Assembly: GCF_006345805.1 (NCBI RefSeq)
Contig: NC_043021.1
Coordinates: 15,562,001 to 15,626,000, forward strand
Direction: 5' to 3'
Source of the DNA: Octopus sinensis
Taxonomy: Eukaryota
Length of the DNA stretch: 64,000 bases
Position numbers and translations under genes: made by a program. Shown here piece by piece: positions 13,071 to 24,542 of the stretch (position 1 is the stretch's first letter; every line of letters starts with the position of its first letter). The notes under the pieces are model-generated. The model ran no database searches, was not told the DNA's origin, and was given only the letters and a program-made list of their open reading frames with translations.

Positions 13071-13299
13071 AACAACATGCCTTCGTTTGTATTAATTTTG
13101 GAAATAACGATGAATTTAGTTGAGTAAACTTGTCGTCATTCAGCTGATGTTAGGAATATGAATGAGAATGGAATTTTCATGGCAGGTTTGGAAGTAGAAT
13201 GTTTCTATTATAGAACTCGGGAGCAGTTTCAGGCAGGTTAATATCAAACAGGAAAATAGAATACAAAATATGAGTGTGTGTGTATATATATATTTTTTA

Positions 13300-13740
13300 T
13301 TTTCATCTAGTTTCAGCTCACGAGCTGTGGCCATGCTGGAGCACCATCATTTCACTCTGGCTATGCTGGAGCAGTGCCTTGAGGGGTTTCAGTCGAATAA
13401 ATCAACTCCAGGACTTATTTTTTTGAGCCTAGTACTTATTCTATCAGTCTCTTTTACTGAACCACTAAGTTATGGGAGATGTAAATACTATCACCAGTTG
13501 TCAAGTGGTGACGGGGCGAGTCAAAACACAAGTATAAACACACACACACACATATAGATATATACATACATACGCACATACATGCGCGCACACACACACA
13601 CACATATATGTACATGATGGGCTTCTATCAAATCCACCCACAAGGCTTTGGTTGGATCAAGGCTATAGTAGATGATACAGTGGGACTGAACCTGGAACTA
13701 TGTGGTTGGGAAACAAGCTTCTTACCACTCAGCCGCACCC
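13300..13740 (-). mobile_element. Diverged family A SINE
   Basis: GCCATGCTGGAGCACC (duplicated), CTAAGTTATGGG, and GGGACTGAACCTGGAAC head. Confidence 0.7.
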
Positions 13741-14104
13741 AAGGATTCATTAGAATCTAGGCACATCAACATGCAGGATGCCAGAAATGGCTAGGTACGA
13801 TAACATAGAATTCACAGTGAGGTAAACAACATTGAAGACATGCCATAGATATGCAAGTACCAAATCCAATTTAAACTGTAGAGCTACCTCCGATGTGGGT
13901 CCTTGGTGTGGCTTAGATGTGTTTACTTGTGGGTGTGTGTGCATATTTTGCATTAAATGAAGAATTAGTGATGAGTTTAAAGTCTATAAATAATAATTGG
14001 GACATGTATGTCCTAGGGTTTATATGCCCCAATATTAGATCATTTTCTATTGCCAATACATGGTGGACTCTTATGAGCTTATAATTATTTTTACAGAATG
14101 GCAT

Positions 14105-14410
14105 TCAAAGTTACCCCAACTGCAGAACGGGGCGCCACTGCATGGTGCCAAAGATTCCAACATCACCATCAAATACAGGACCAAATACTGCAACAGCTTG
14201 GGTTTCAGAGGACCACAGCTCTTTAACATCTTCCCTAAATGCCTGAGAGAATTGCATGGTGTGGATGTGGGTTTCTTTAAAACTAAACTGGATCTCTTCT
14301 TGTCGAGGGTCCCAGATGAACCTACCTCACGACAGGAGACACAGATGCAGGCAGCGGCATCGAACGCCCTTGTTGACCAAGTGCCACGTATCAGAGGTAG
14401 ATTCACATAT
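14105..14410 (+). mobile_element. CR1/L2-group LINE ORF2 C-terminal fragment
   Basis: KYCNSLGFRGPQLFNIFPKCLRELHGVDVGFFKTKLDLFLSRVPDEP...AAASNALVDQ resembles the CR1 tail motif NSF..RGP.LFN.LP...FK.KLD.FL..VPDEP. Confidence 0.75.
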
Positions 14411-14599
14411 TAGTGTAGCTCATTCAGCGGTGGTGCCCCAGCATGGCCGCAGCCTTCAGTATAGACATTTTTAAGGATTTAGAATATTTATAAGTATTTA
14501 TTTGGCTGAAGTTTTAGAGTCTGTAACTTCTGCCGATTAATTAAAGAAAATATATAAATTATATAACTCATCTTCATTATCATGATTTAATGTCCACTC

Positions 14600-14945
14600 G
14601 AACTTTAGGCCTCACTGAGGAAATGACCAGTGACCGAGACCTTTGGAAATATGCTGTACGTGAGAAGACCAGGCAGGACAAGTGAGCCCAGCCCACTTAT
14701 GCATGCCTTTCCTCCCTTGGACACAAAGACCTGTTGAGGCACCAGCCTCGCCTGGCACCTGTGCGGGTGGCACATAAAAGTACCCACTACACTCACGGAG
14801 TGGTTGGCGTTAGGAAGGGCATCCAGCTGTAGAAACATTGCCAGATAAGACTGGAGCCTGGTGCAGCCTTCTGGCTTCCCAGATCCCCAGTCGAACCGTC
14901 CAACCCATGCTAGCATGGAGAACGGACGTTAAACGATGAACAATT
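14600..14945 (+). mobile_element. RTE-type LINE 3' end (ORF stop plus internally deleted UTR, family D)
   Basis: RTLGLTEEMTSDRDLWKYAVREKTRQDK*, then a shortened UTR ending GGAGAACGGACGTTAAACGATG. Confidence 0.8.
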
Positions 14946-16559
14946 TCCATGCAGTTTCTATGAGTCTGGCAGAATTTTCTACAACCAGATGCTCTTCCTC
15001 TTGCTAACCCTTGCTTGCTTCCTACCAAAATAATATACACAAACACAAAGACAATCTTTCAGTTTCTTGTTTGTACCTACCAAATCCACTCACAAGGGTT
15101 TGATTGGCCCCAGGCTATAGTTGTAGACTCTTTCTTATGGCTCTGTGCAGTAGAACTGAACCAAATACTTCATGGTTGGGAAGCAAGCTTATAATGACAC
15201 AGCCACGACTATGCCTTTAATATTCACTATAAATGTAAGTGATCTTTGCTCATGTTCCATGTGTCTATGTATTGGCTCAAGTACATCTTTTGGAGATGGC
15301 AAAAGTTTGCCAGCATTCCTCAATTTGGTCGACCTGAGGCTACAGTAGAAGACACTTGTCCAAGGTGCCACGCAGGGGGACTGAACCTGGAACCATGTGG
15401 GTTCATAAACAAGCTACTTACCACACAGCCACTCCTACGCATTTTATTTGCACTTTCATTGCTAGACTTTGTCAAAGAGTGGTTCATGGATGGTTGATCC
15501 AGTTGGATTAAAATTCAAGTTGAACGAAATGCCCTTAAAGATTTTGCCTGTTGTAGTAATGATTCTGCCAGCTTACTGCCTTATAGAGACCCCAATATTG
15601 GTTTGTCTTTTGTGTAGGTTTGAACCTTAGTTTTTCCAGTGTGCAGACGTTTTTATTGCTTGGAAAAGTGACTATGAAAATGATGACGGTGATGACAATG
15701 ATGATATGTATTGACTTTCTGTATGCATGTCAGGTTGTTTTTTTAACAAGTTTTATAAAGTTGTATATATTTTAACAAATTGTAAATGTTCAAGCTGGTT
15801 GTTTATATTGATTGCTTAACCAAGCATGTGTGTGTGTGTGTTAATAACTTATATTTTTAATATGCTACATGTTTAACATACTGTATGTTTGACATGCTGT
15901 AAATTTAACAAGTTGTGTGTGTTTTCATAGGCTTGAACATTCTTGCCATAATTCCCTCTCTTTTCTATTTATATTGGTTGTATACTGTCAATCTAACGTG
16001 AACGTGACAGTAGGGGGTTACACCACCGCTGTTTAGCCCTAGGAAGCATCGACGCTTCCTGCTGGCTTCGACACATTTTTCCTGTGTCCTTATATACATT
16101 TATGAAGGGGAGACAAACACCCCCAGCAGCCAGGCCTGCATCTAGAGACACGCATGTTTCAGGATCATTGTCCATCATCGGTCTAGGGTAGCAGACGCCC
16201 GCCAGCTGTTGATATCTGTCCCGATTCGCAAATGTATATATCTAATTTTCAGTGAAGTTTATTCACTGATTACCAAAATCAGAAATATGGCTCTTTTTAT
16301 ATTATTATATCCTTAATGCATCCACATCATGCAATGTCCTTTTTTTAAAAAAATTGTTACAGTTCTATGGAGACTCGACATCTGTTTGTAGCAGTAAATG
16401 TGACCACACAGAGGTTCTTTCATGGGATTAAAAGCTGTGTTTTAACAGGTTTTGCGTAGTGCTAAAGGGGTCAGTCAGGTGATGATAAACCAAGTTTCTT
16501 AGGTGGAATATAGTTCCTGCTGAGTTATTTTACTTCACTTCTATCTCATACTGAAGTTA

Positions 16560-16800
16560 AGAGGTGTGACCCAGTGGTCAGAATGTTGCACTCACAATCG
16601 CATGTAGTGGTTTCAATTCCTGACCCAGGCAGTATGTTGTGCTCTTCAACAAAACACTTCCTTTCACGTTAGTCTAGTCCTCTCAGCTGTAAATGAGTAC
16701 TCTTGCAGTGGACCAACATCTTGTTTAGGGGTCATGTGTTGATGATCTCATTCACTTACACTCCATCGAAACCAGGTAACCAGCCTTGTGAATCCTAAAG
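16560..16800 (+). mobile_element. Diverged tRNA-head SINE (family E)
   Basis: GTGTGACCCAGTGGTCAG A-box-like, GGTTTCAATTCC B-box-like, and central AACAAAACACTTCCTTTCACGTTAGTCTAGTCC.CTCAGCTG. Confidence 0.6.
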
Positions 16801-16839
16801 TAAAACAAAGTAAGTTACCTTCACCAATCATATCAGCTC

Positions 16840-17050
16840 ATAAGGGCCAGTTTCCGTGGTGTATAAATTCCCTTCATGGACAGGATGCCAGTCCATCGCA
16901 GTATTACTTATGTTCGCCAGCTGAGTGGACTGGAGCAATGTGAAATGAAGTGCTTTGCTCAAAAACACAACACGTTACCCAGTCCAGGAATCAAAACCAC
17001 TATCTTATGATCATGAGTCCAGCACCCTAACCACTAAGCCATGTGCCTCC
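16840..17050 (-). mobile_element. tRNA-head SINE (family E), inverted relative to 16560-16800
   Basis: Reverse complement reads GGAGGCACATGGCTTAGTGGTTAGGG...GGTTTTGATTCC...TTGAGCAAAGCACTTCATTTCACATTGCTCCAGTCCACTCAGCTG. Confidence 0.75.
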
Positions 17051-17119
17051 TCTATGAATGCTAAGACTTGAAACAGTAATGTTCAGGGGTTGATGCTGTT
17101 GTAGCCATAATATCTCATA

Positions 17120-17230
17120 CAGGTTCAAAATTTCCCCATTACACCTGATGAAGGCTGGAAGGTATATCAGCCGAAATGCTGTTTTAACAACAAACAAGAT
17201 GAGGATAAATATCCATCAAATGTAAATAAT
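17120..17230 (+). ncRNA. Type I hammerhead-ribozyme-like mini-element (Penelope-type) with 13-bp TSD
   Basis: CTGATGA (17145-51), extra A, stem II GGCTG/CAGCC, GAAA (17173-76), stem III ATG/CAT with AUC triplet (17215-17), partial stem I TTACA/TGTAA. ATAATATCTCATA occurs at 17107-17119 and 17657-17669. Confidence 0.7.
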
Positions 17231-17644
17231 GTGAAGGCGTAGGAGTGGCTGTGTAGTAAGTAGCTTGTTTACCAACCACATGGTTCTGGGTTCAGTCCCA
17301 CTGCGTGGCACCTTGGGCAAGTGTCTTCTTCTATAGCCTCGGGCCGACCAAAGCCTTGTGAGTGGATTTGGTAGACAGAAACTGAAAGAACCCCGTCGTA
17401 TATATGTATATATATATGTGTGTGTGTTTGTGTCTGTGTTTGTCTCCCTAGCATTGCTTGACAACCAATGCTGGTGTGTTTATGACCCCTTAACTTAGCG
17501 GTTCGGCAAAAGAGACCGATAGAATAAGTACTTGGCTTGCAAAGAATAAGTCCCGGGATCGATTTGCTCAACTAAAGGCGGTGCTCCAGCATGGCCGCAG
17601 TCAAATGACTGAAACAAGTAAAAGAGTAAAGAGTAAAAAAGAGT
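17231..17644 (+). mobile_element. Family A SINE inserted at the end of the hammerhead element, 12-bp TSD
   Basis: AATGTAAATAAT at 17219-17230 and 17645-17656. Confidence 0.9.
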
Positions 17645-18151
17645 AATGTAAATAATATAATATCTCATAGTTGCAATATCTGGAAACGGGGTAATTTTAA
17701 CAGGTTTATTTGCTTGTGATGCACATACACCTATATGAAGACGAAGCGTTTCATGGTGACCCAATGCCACATTAAGGGCTGTCATTGATTTTTATTCATT
17801 TCCATTTGTTATCTATTAAACTGGCTCTGGTAATCCATAATTGGAAGGATAAGCAATTAACAAATTTACCATTACAACTCTCAGATTCCTTCAATTCAAA
17901 TTAATTTGTCAGCAATGAGATCAACAGTCTTTTAATTAACGTGTTAATATGTAAGCCATAAAAGCATCATAATTACTACTTCAATTAACCAGGTCCAGAA
18001 GGATGTTTGATCCAATCATTAAGACTCTATCCACTCTTTTTATAGCTACCCTTTGAAGACCATTGCAGTATAATTTAAGATGCTATCTGCCTCTTTATAG
18101 CTGCCCTCCATAGATCCCAGCAGTATGAATTTCTGAAATGTTACCAGATAC

Positions 18152-18381
18152 ACTCTCTTTTTACTCTTTTACTTGTTTCAGTCATTTGACTGCGGCCATG
18201 CTGGAGCACTGCCTTTAGTCGAGCAAATTGACCCCAGGACTTATTCTTTGTAAGCCTAGTACTTATTCTATCGGTCACTTTTGCCGAACCGCTAAGTTAT
18301 GGGGACGTAAACACACCGGCATCGGTTGTCAAGCAATGTTGGGGGGACAAACACAGACACACAAACATATATACTCTCTCT

Positions 18382-18434
<53 letters not shown>

Positions 18435-18595
18435 GATGGGCTTCTTCCAGTTTCCATCTACCAAATCCACTCACAAGGCTTTGGTTGACCTGAGGCTATA
18501 GTAGAAGACACTTGCCCAAGGTGCCACGCAGGGTGACTGAACCCGGAACCATGTGGTTGATAAACAAGCTACTTACCACACAGCCACTCCTACGC
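18152..18595 (-). mobile_element. Family A SINE
   Basis: Full head-microsatellite-tail structure. Confidence 0.9.
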
Positions 18596-18992
18596 ATTTT
18601 ATTTGCATTTCATTTGCGCTTTCATTGCTAGACTTTGTCAAAGAGTGGTTCATGGATGGTTGATCCAGTTGGATTAAAATTCAAGGCCATTAAAAAAAAA
18701 ACATTCTTCTAAGTGATTAAAATTCTTCTCTCTGGGTTTCTTATCAAAAGCCATCAAATTTGTTTAGTCCCAAATCAACTCAGATCCAGCAAATATATGA
18801 TCAAACCAAGATTAAGATTATTCCATATTATCTTTCTTTGTTCTTATTATCTTACTTTATTCTATCGGTCACTTTTGCCGAACCGCTAAGTTATGGGAAC
18901 GTAAACACACCAGCATCGGTTGTCAAGCAATGTTGTGGGGACAAACAGACATACAAACATATACACTCACACACACACATATATATATATAT

Positions 18993-19235
18993 GGAACGAT
19001 TCAACATGGAACGCCATGTTGAATCGTTAGCTCCTGCACGCTTTTTTTCTCTCCTTGTTTCTCTCTCCGTTCTTTTCTTTCTGTGTATCTTTCTGTTGAA
19101 GAGCGTAGGCTCGAAACGTAACAGACTTGTTTTATTTTCTATTCCTGAGAGGCATACTAAACATTTTTTTGTTTGTACTAACTACTCCACCTGCCTTCGT
19201 CGTCGTTTGTTTATTTCGTAAACCTTCCCGTTATA
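18993..19235 (+). mobile_element. Penelope-like element 3' remnant with variant hammerhead and inverted 5' junction, nested in a family A SINE (~18850-19320)
   Basis: 15-bp perfect inverted repeat AACGATTCAACATGG-aacg-CCATGTTGAATCGTT (18995-19028); CTGTTGA-A-GAGC-gtag-GCTC-GAAACG (19093-19118); candidate CGTC at 19198-19204; (TA)n on both sides. Confidence 0.65.
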
Positions 19236-19567
19236 TATATATATATATATATATAAATAACAATATATATATATATTATATATATATATGATGGGGCTTC
19301 TTTCAGTTTCCGTCTACCAGTTTCTTTTTTTCCGATATAGTGTATCTAAGACTACATCAACCAGTGTGTCACTATTTGTTGGTAATATGTGATTTGAAGG
19401 AGATCTAACTGTTATTTCTAGGCTTCTTCTTCGCCTATAAAGAAATTCGGTGAGCTGGCAGAATTGTTAGCAAGCTGGGCAAAATGCTTAGCTGCATTTG
19501 GTCCATCTTAACATTTCTGAGTTTGACTTTGCCTGTCACCCCTTCGGGGTCAGTAAAATAAATACCA

Positions 19568-19796
19568 ATTTCTTTACTACCCACAAGGGGCTAAACACAG
19601 AAAGGACAAACAAGGACAGACAAACGGATTAAGTCAATTATATCGACCCCAGTGCGTAACTGGTACTTATTTAATCGCCCCCGAAAGGATGAAAGGCAAA
19701 GTCGACCTCGGCGGAATTTGAACTCAGAACGTAGTGACAGACGAAATACCACTAAGCATTTCGCCCAGTGCGCTAACGTTTCTGCCAGCTCGCCGC
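19568..19796 (-). mobile_element. Young family B SINE inserted antisense into an older family B copy (~19445-19865), 17-bp TSD
   Basis: CAGTAAAATAAATACCA at 19551-19567 and 19797-19813. Confidence 0.92.
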
Positions 19797-20314
19797 CAGT
19801 AAAATAAATACCAGTTGAGCACTGGGGTCAATGTAATTGACTTAACCCTCCCCCGAATATTCTGGCCATGTACCAAAATTTGAAGCAACATTCAGGTATG
19901 TGCACCCAAGTTCCAGAATTCTTCATTCGCCTTCTCCAAGCCATATGTGGTGGTGGGAGGGATGACTGCTGGTTTATAATGAACATCACAGGTAATTCAT
20001 ATGGTTTCAGGTTTAAGGTTTGCAGTAGTTTGAAGGGTGCACAGTCTGGAGGTTAAGTCATAAGGTTGTGCTTTCAATTTCCAAACTGAGAGGCACATTG
20101 TGTCCTTGAATAACACACTTTATTTTACTGAAAATTATTACTAGCACAGCTGGGAGGAGTTAACATTGTAATGGACTGCCATCCCATCCAGGGAGAAAGT
20201 ACTGCACTCTGTTAGTTATACACCACAGAAACCAGTTTTAAGCTCAAACCTAATGATCCTGTAGGGTCGTGATAGACGACACCGTGGTGATCTCAGTCTC
20301 GCTCACAGCATCAT

Positions 20315-20635
20315 AAGCGGAAGTGTAACCTCTCGAAAGAGCTATTCTTCACTCCTACTCCAGAGCATCGGCTGCAGGGTCACTCCGAAAAGCTCTATCT
20401 GCGACGATTTCATCTCAATCGAAGGAGAGGGGCTTTTGTCCGTCCGGGTTGCGGATCCGTGGAATAAGCTGCCGGACGAGATAGTGAAGATGCCGACAAC
20501 CACTCGGTTCAAAGTCTCTCTTGACCAGAAATGACCTGAACTCTTTGCATGAACACCCTCACTGTACATAACCCCATGTCCCCTCACATGGCCTTGCTTT
20601 TTGCTTTTTGAGCCAAAAAATTAACTTAACTTAAG
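20315..20635 (+). mobile_element. CR1 LINE 3' end
   Basis: ELFFTPTPEHRLQGHSEKLYLRRFHLNRRRG, then after a frameshift VRVADPWNKLPDEIVKMPTTTRFKVSLDQK; UTR ends GCTTTTTGAGCCAAAAAATTAACTTAAC. A shorter 3' copy lies at ~23180-23295. Confidence 0.8.
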
Positions 20636-22295
20636 ATCTGTGATACATAATGAAGACTAATGTTTTTATAAGACATTAGTCATTCCAGCAATGACAGACG
20701 AAACCAGATCTATAAACTTCATGTTTTTCTTGGTTAACTCACCATCTTCATTCAAGATGTCCATAACATGTTTGGAGATATTTCTGCCATCACTCTGTCC
20801 TCTTCCTCCTCTATCTGTCTGTTTGTCTCTTCTATAGGATGTTTGCTGCTCGTTGCTTGCCAACTGTTGCTATTGACGCTGGGCCTTATGTTAAACAATA
20901 GGGACTGTATGATAATTTATGAACCGGGATTTATGTCCGGCTTTGTATACGTACTAATTATTGATTCTTGGGTGAGTGTGGGGGGGAGAAAAAAAGAATG
21001 TTTGGTTTTGTGCAGCTGTGAGTCAGCTGTGTGCATGCATGTGATGTGCGTGTGTGTGTGTGTGTGTGTGTGTACATATTGTGTGTGCTTGCCTGTTAGT
21101 GACTAGCTGTAAATTCATACCATGGTTCCAGTGCAGGTATCAGGACGGGGTCGGTGGCTACTAATGATCTTGAATAAATATGAATCAGAGGAAGAAATAG
21201 AAACACATGCAGATGCACACGCACACACAGATGCACACGCACACACATGTGCGTTTATATGCGTGTGCAACACTTCTCTCCATGTATGTACAACTCTTCT
21301 CCACAAACGAACAAAGGAACCTGTTTATCTGCAGTCACTCAGCTTGCTAGAAATAGCAGCTAAATCTCTCCTAAACCACATCTAAGTGTCCTAAAGAAGA
21401 TACAGGGGATAATGCTGTGTAGGATATCATCATCATCGTTTAACGTCCGTTTTCCGCGCTACCACGGGTTAAAAATAAAATAAAATGGAAAAATGGGTGC
21501 AGCTATCCTAACCAAGGCATTTTCAATCACAGGATTATTCAATCTGGTTTGATTTGTAATTGAATAACAATGGCACTTTGTCACAATCAAGTGCACAGGC
21601 ATTTTGTTTACACACACACACACACACGTTTCTTTTATTTGTATCATTCATTGGACTGCAGCTATACTGAAATACTGCCTTGAAAGATTGTTGACCAAAT
21701 CAGAGACCCCCAGTAATTATTACAAGCAAGTAGAGAAAGTGTCAAGCTGTGGGGTCCCCATAGCCCTGTCTCAGCAAGAACTATTTGACCTCTTTAGTGT
21801 AGGTGCCCCGAGAAAAATCTACCCAATACAGTGATATGAGTTGGATGGTTTGACCAGAGCTGCCTCAAGCTCCAGTCTGATTTGGCATGGTTTCTATGGC
21901 TGGATGCCCTTCCTAACGCCAATCACTTTACAGAGGGTGCTGGGTGCTTTTACATGGCACTGACATGAGCGCTGTAACGTAGCACTTGCACAGGCTTCTT
22001 GGTGGGGTGGCCTTAATGCTTCTGCTGTGGAGTATGAGATGAGAAAGAAAGGGAGGGTCAAAACATCATTGTGTGTGTGTATATATATATATGAATAGCT
22101 TTGCGGAAACCATGGTACGCTTTGTTTTCTGACTTTATAATCATTTTATAATCATCTTATAATCATCTCATAATAATGACTTTTATTAGTACCTCAGTCA
22201 ATCTAAATGTATATATTTGTCGTTACCTGTCATAAAAAGCCTTTTTTTATTTACTATATGCATTTTCATTGATTTTTCATATTTTACCCCTATAT

Positions 22296-22341
<46 letters not shown>

Positions 22342-23289
22342 AATGTTATATACAGACCCTCATCAGTTGTTCTATTAATAACATTCTTGTCTGTCTGTCT
22401 GTCTGTCTCTCTCAGATTTAACAAAACTGGAAAGAGTCTTAGTTACTGGGCCATAATCACCATTGACTCTCCTTTAGACGAATTGGTCACGCTAGCTGAA
22501 TATGTCAGTAAAAACTCTAATATAGGAGATTGTTCATTTTTGGAACTTGAAGCCGCACTTTTAAATCTGGTGTTACTTCAAGTTATTTTAAGACCAGCCA
22601 AAGATGTAACAAAAAGAAGATAAAAAAAAAATAGAAAGGAAGGAAGGAAAGAAAAAAAGAAAAAAAGGAAATGGTCGTGGTATGAGTAAGCTGAAGATTG
22701 ATGTAAACAAAAATAGATAAATTTATTTTTTCAGAAATAACAAATAAGGAAATCTAAATTTTTTCTGACATTATTATCATTATAGGAAACACAAGTTTCT
22801 AGACAGCAATCGACTGGATATTTGATAGATTTTGACAGCAACAGTGATATATCTTTTACGTTTATATAACTTGACTTTAAATTGGAAACCTAGTTTTTCT
22901 GCTAGATTTGCACATCATGTTTAGGTTTTAAGTTGAATCACTCTGTACAGTTATCTTCTGTTTGTGCTGAATTTAGAAAGAAAACATATTTAACCCTTCG
23001 GTATTTAAACTGGCCACATATTGCTCAAATATTCTATCTGTGTTATGTTCAAACTGGCCAGATCTAACTTCTCACACCGACCCTACAATGTCATTCTAAA
23101 AACAAAGTGACATAGCTGCAAGATAATGTATATGATTAATTCAAAACAATCTGAATAAATAAGCAATTTAATTTAACTCAAAGTCTCCCTTGACCTCAAG
23201 TGGCCTGAACTCTTTACATGAATACCACCCTGTACATAATTCCATGTCCCCCTACATGGCCTTGCTTTTTGCTTTTTGAGCCAAAAAAT

Positions 23290-23522
23290 TAACTAACTAA
23301 CTAACATTACTGTATTTATTTTGAGATGCTCTGTGTTTTTCTCAATTGTTTTAAATATAACAAAGAATTTAGTAAAATAACTTAGTTATCATTAAACGAT
23401 TGTTAGGAACATAAATTGCGACTAAGGTTTGGTGGAAGATTTTAATTCAAAACTTATGAAAACAAGACATTTGTACTCAGAGCCAGAGCCAGTTTCGGCC
23501 GGGTTGGTAATGAAAGGGTTAA
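23290..23522 (-). mobile_element. TTAA-CCC-terminated MITE (piggyBac-type), inverted relative to the copy at ~24578
   Basis: Ends GAAAGGGTTAA; its reverse complement aligns by eye with 24580-24770. Confidence 0.6.
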
Positions 23523-23609
23523 CTTTATATATTTTAATGAAACAGTTGAGCTTGGCTCTTTCTAACAGGTAAACTCTATTCTAGCCCCGGTTTCAGAGAT
23601 GTACACCTG

Positions 23610-23905
23610 CATCATCATCATCATCGTTTAGCGTCTGCTTTCCATGCTGGCGTGGGTTGGACGGTTCAACTGGGGTCTGGGAAGCCAGGAGGCTGTGCCA
23701 GGCTCCAGTCTGATCTGGCAATGTTTCTACGGCTGGATGCCCTTCCTAACGCCAACCACTCCGTGAGTGTAGTGGGTTCTTTTTACGTGCCACCGGCACG
23801 GGGACCAGACGAAGCTGGCAATGGCCACGGTCGGATGGTGCTTTTTTCGTGCCACCGGCATGGAAGCCAGCCGGGCGGCGCTGGCTATGGCCACGTTCGG
23901 AATTG
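23610..23905 (-). mobile_element. Family D (RTE) 3' UTR fragment joined to a family B half copy
   Basis: (CAT)n-CGTTTAGCGTCTGCTTTCCATGCTGGC... and hairpin units; runs directly into CCGCCGAGGTCGAC. Confidence 0.75.
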
Positions 23906-24317
23906 TTGTTCCGCCGAGGTCGACTTTGCCTTTCATCCTTTTGGGGTCGATTAAATAAGTACCAGTTACGCACTGGGGTCGGTGTTATCAACTTAATCCC
24001 TTTATCTGTCTTTGTTTGTCCCCTCTATTGCATATCATTCTTAATTCTTGCACAAAATTTATTTTTTGTTATCAACATTGCTATAGCCCTTCACTCGCCA
24101 TGCTAAATAGATGGGAGCAACAAAAGGCTCTCCGTGCATTTTCTAGACACACAAGTTGCATTTAGTCAGTTTGTGATTACTTCAAGACTCCATTGGCTTT
24201 TACTTCCTACAGTTTCTCTGGCATTCGCCTTCCTCACCAGTTTGAGAATTTCTCTGTTACAATATTTGATGACAGATGCTATGATATCCATTCCAGAACT
24301 CTACACTGTGTCTTTAA

Positions 24318-24542
24318 CCCTTTAGCATTCAGATTATTCTGTTAAATGTCATATAATCTTTATCTATTCACATTGCTCTGAATTAATTATGAAATATTTT
24401 GTAGCCTCAAGTGTTTGATCATGTGGTAGCTTATTTTTAGAATGACATTGTAGGATAGGTGTAAGTAGCCAGATTTGGCCAGTCATACTATAAAGCAGGT
24501 AGAATATTTTGGCCAAATATGGCCTGTCTAAATGCTACAGGG
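24318..24542. mobile_element. piggyBac-type MITE, 225 bp
   Basis: TTAA|CCCTTTAGCATT...AATGCTACAGGG|TTAA: 12-bp TIR with 1 mismatch and TTAA on both sides (24314-17, 24543-46). Related ends occur at ~22990, ~25340, ~40650 and ~53920. Confidence 0.75.

Noticed and set aside
13750-14104. Mitochondrial insertion or endonuclease ORF upstream of the CR1 fragment
   Set aside because: Translations on both strands, including the invertebrate mitochondrial code, matched nothing I recognise.
20666-20960. Minus-strand ORF MASNEQQ...IAGMTNVL as a host exon or LINE ORF1
   Set aside because: Short, frame-broken and not recognisable; no assignment is supportable.
22340-22370. Hammerhead on the minus strand (CTGATGAGGGTC)
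   Set aside because: No stem II partner or GAAA; it runs into (TA)n.
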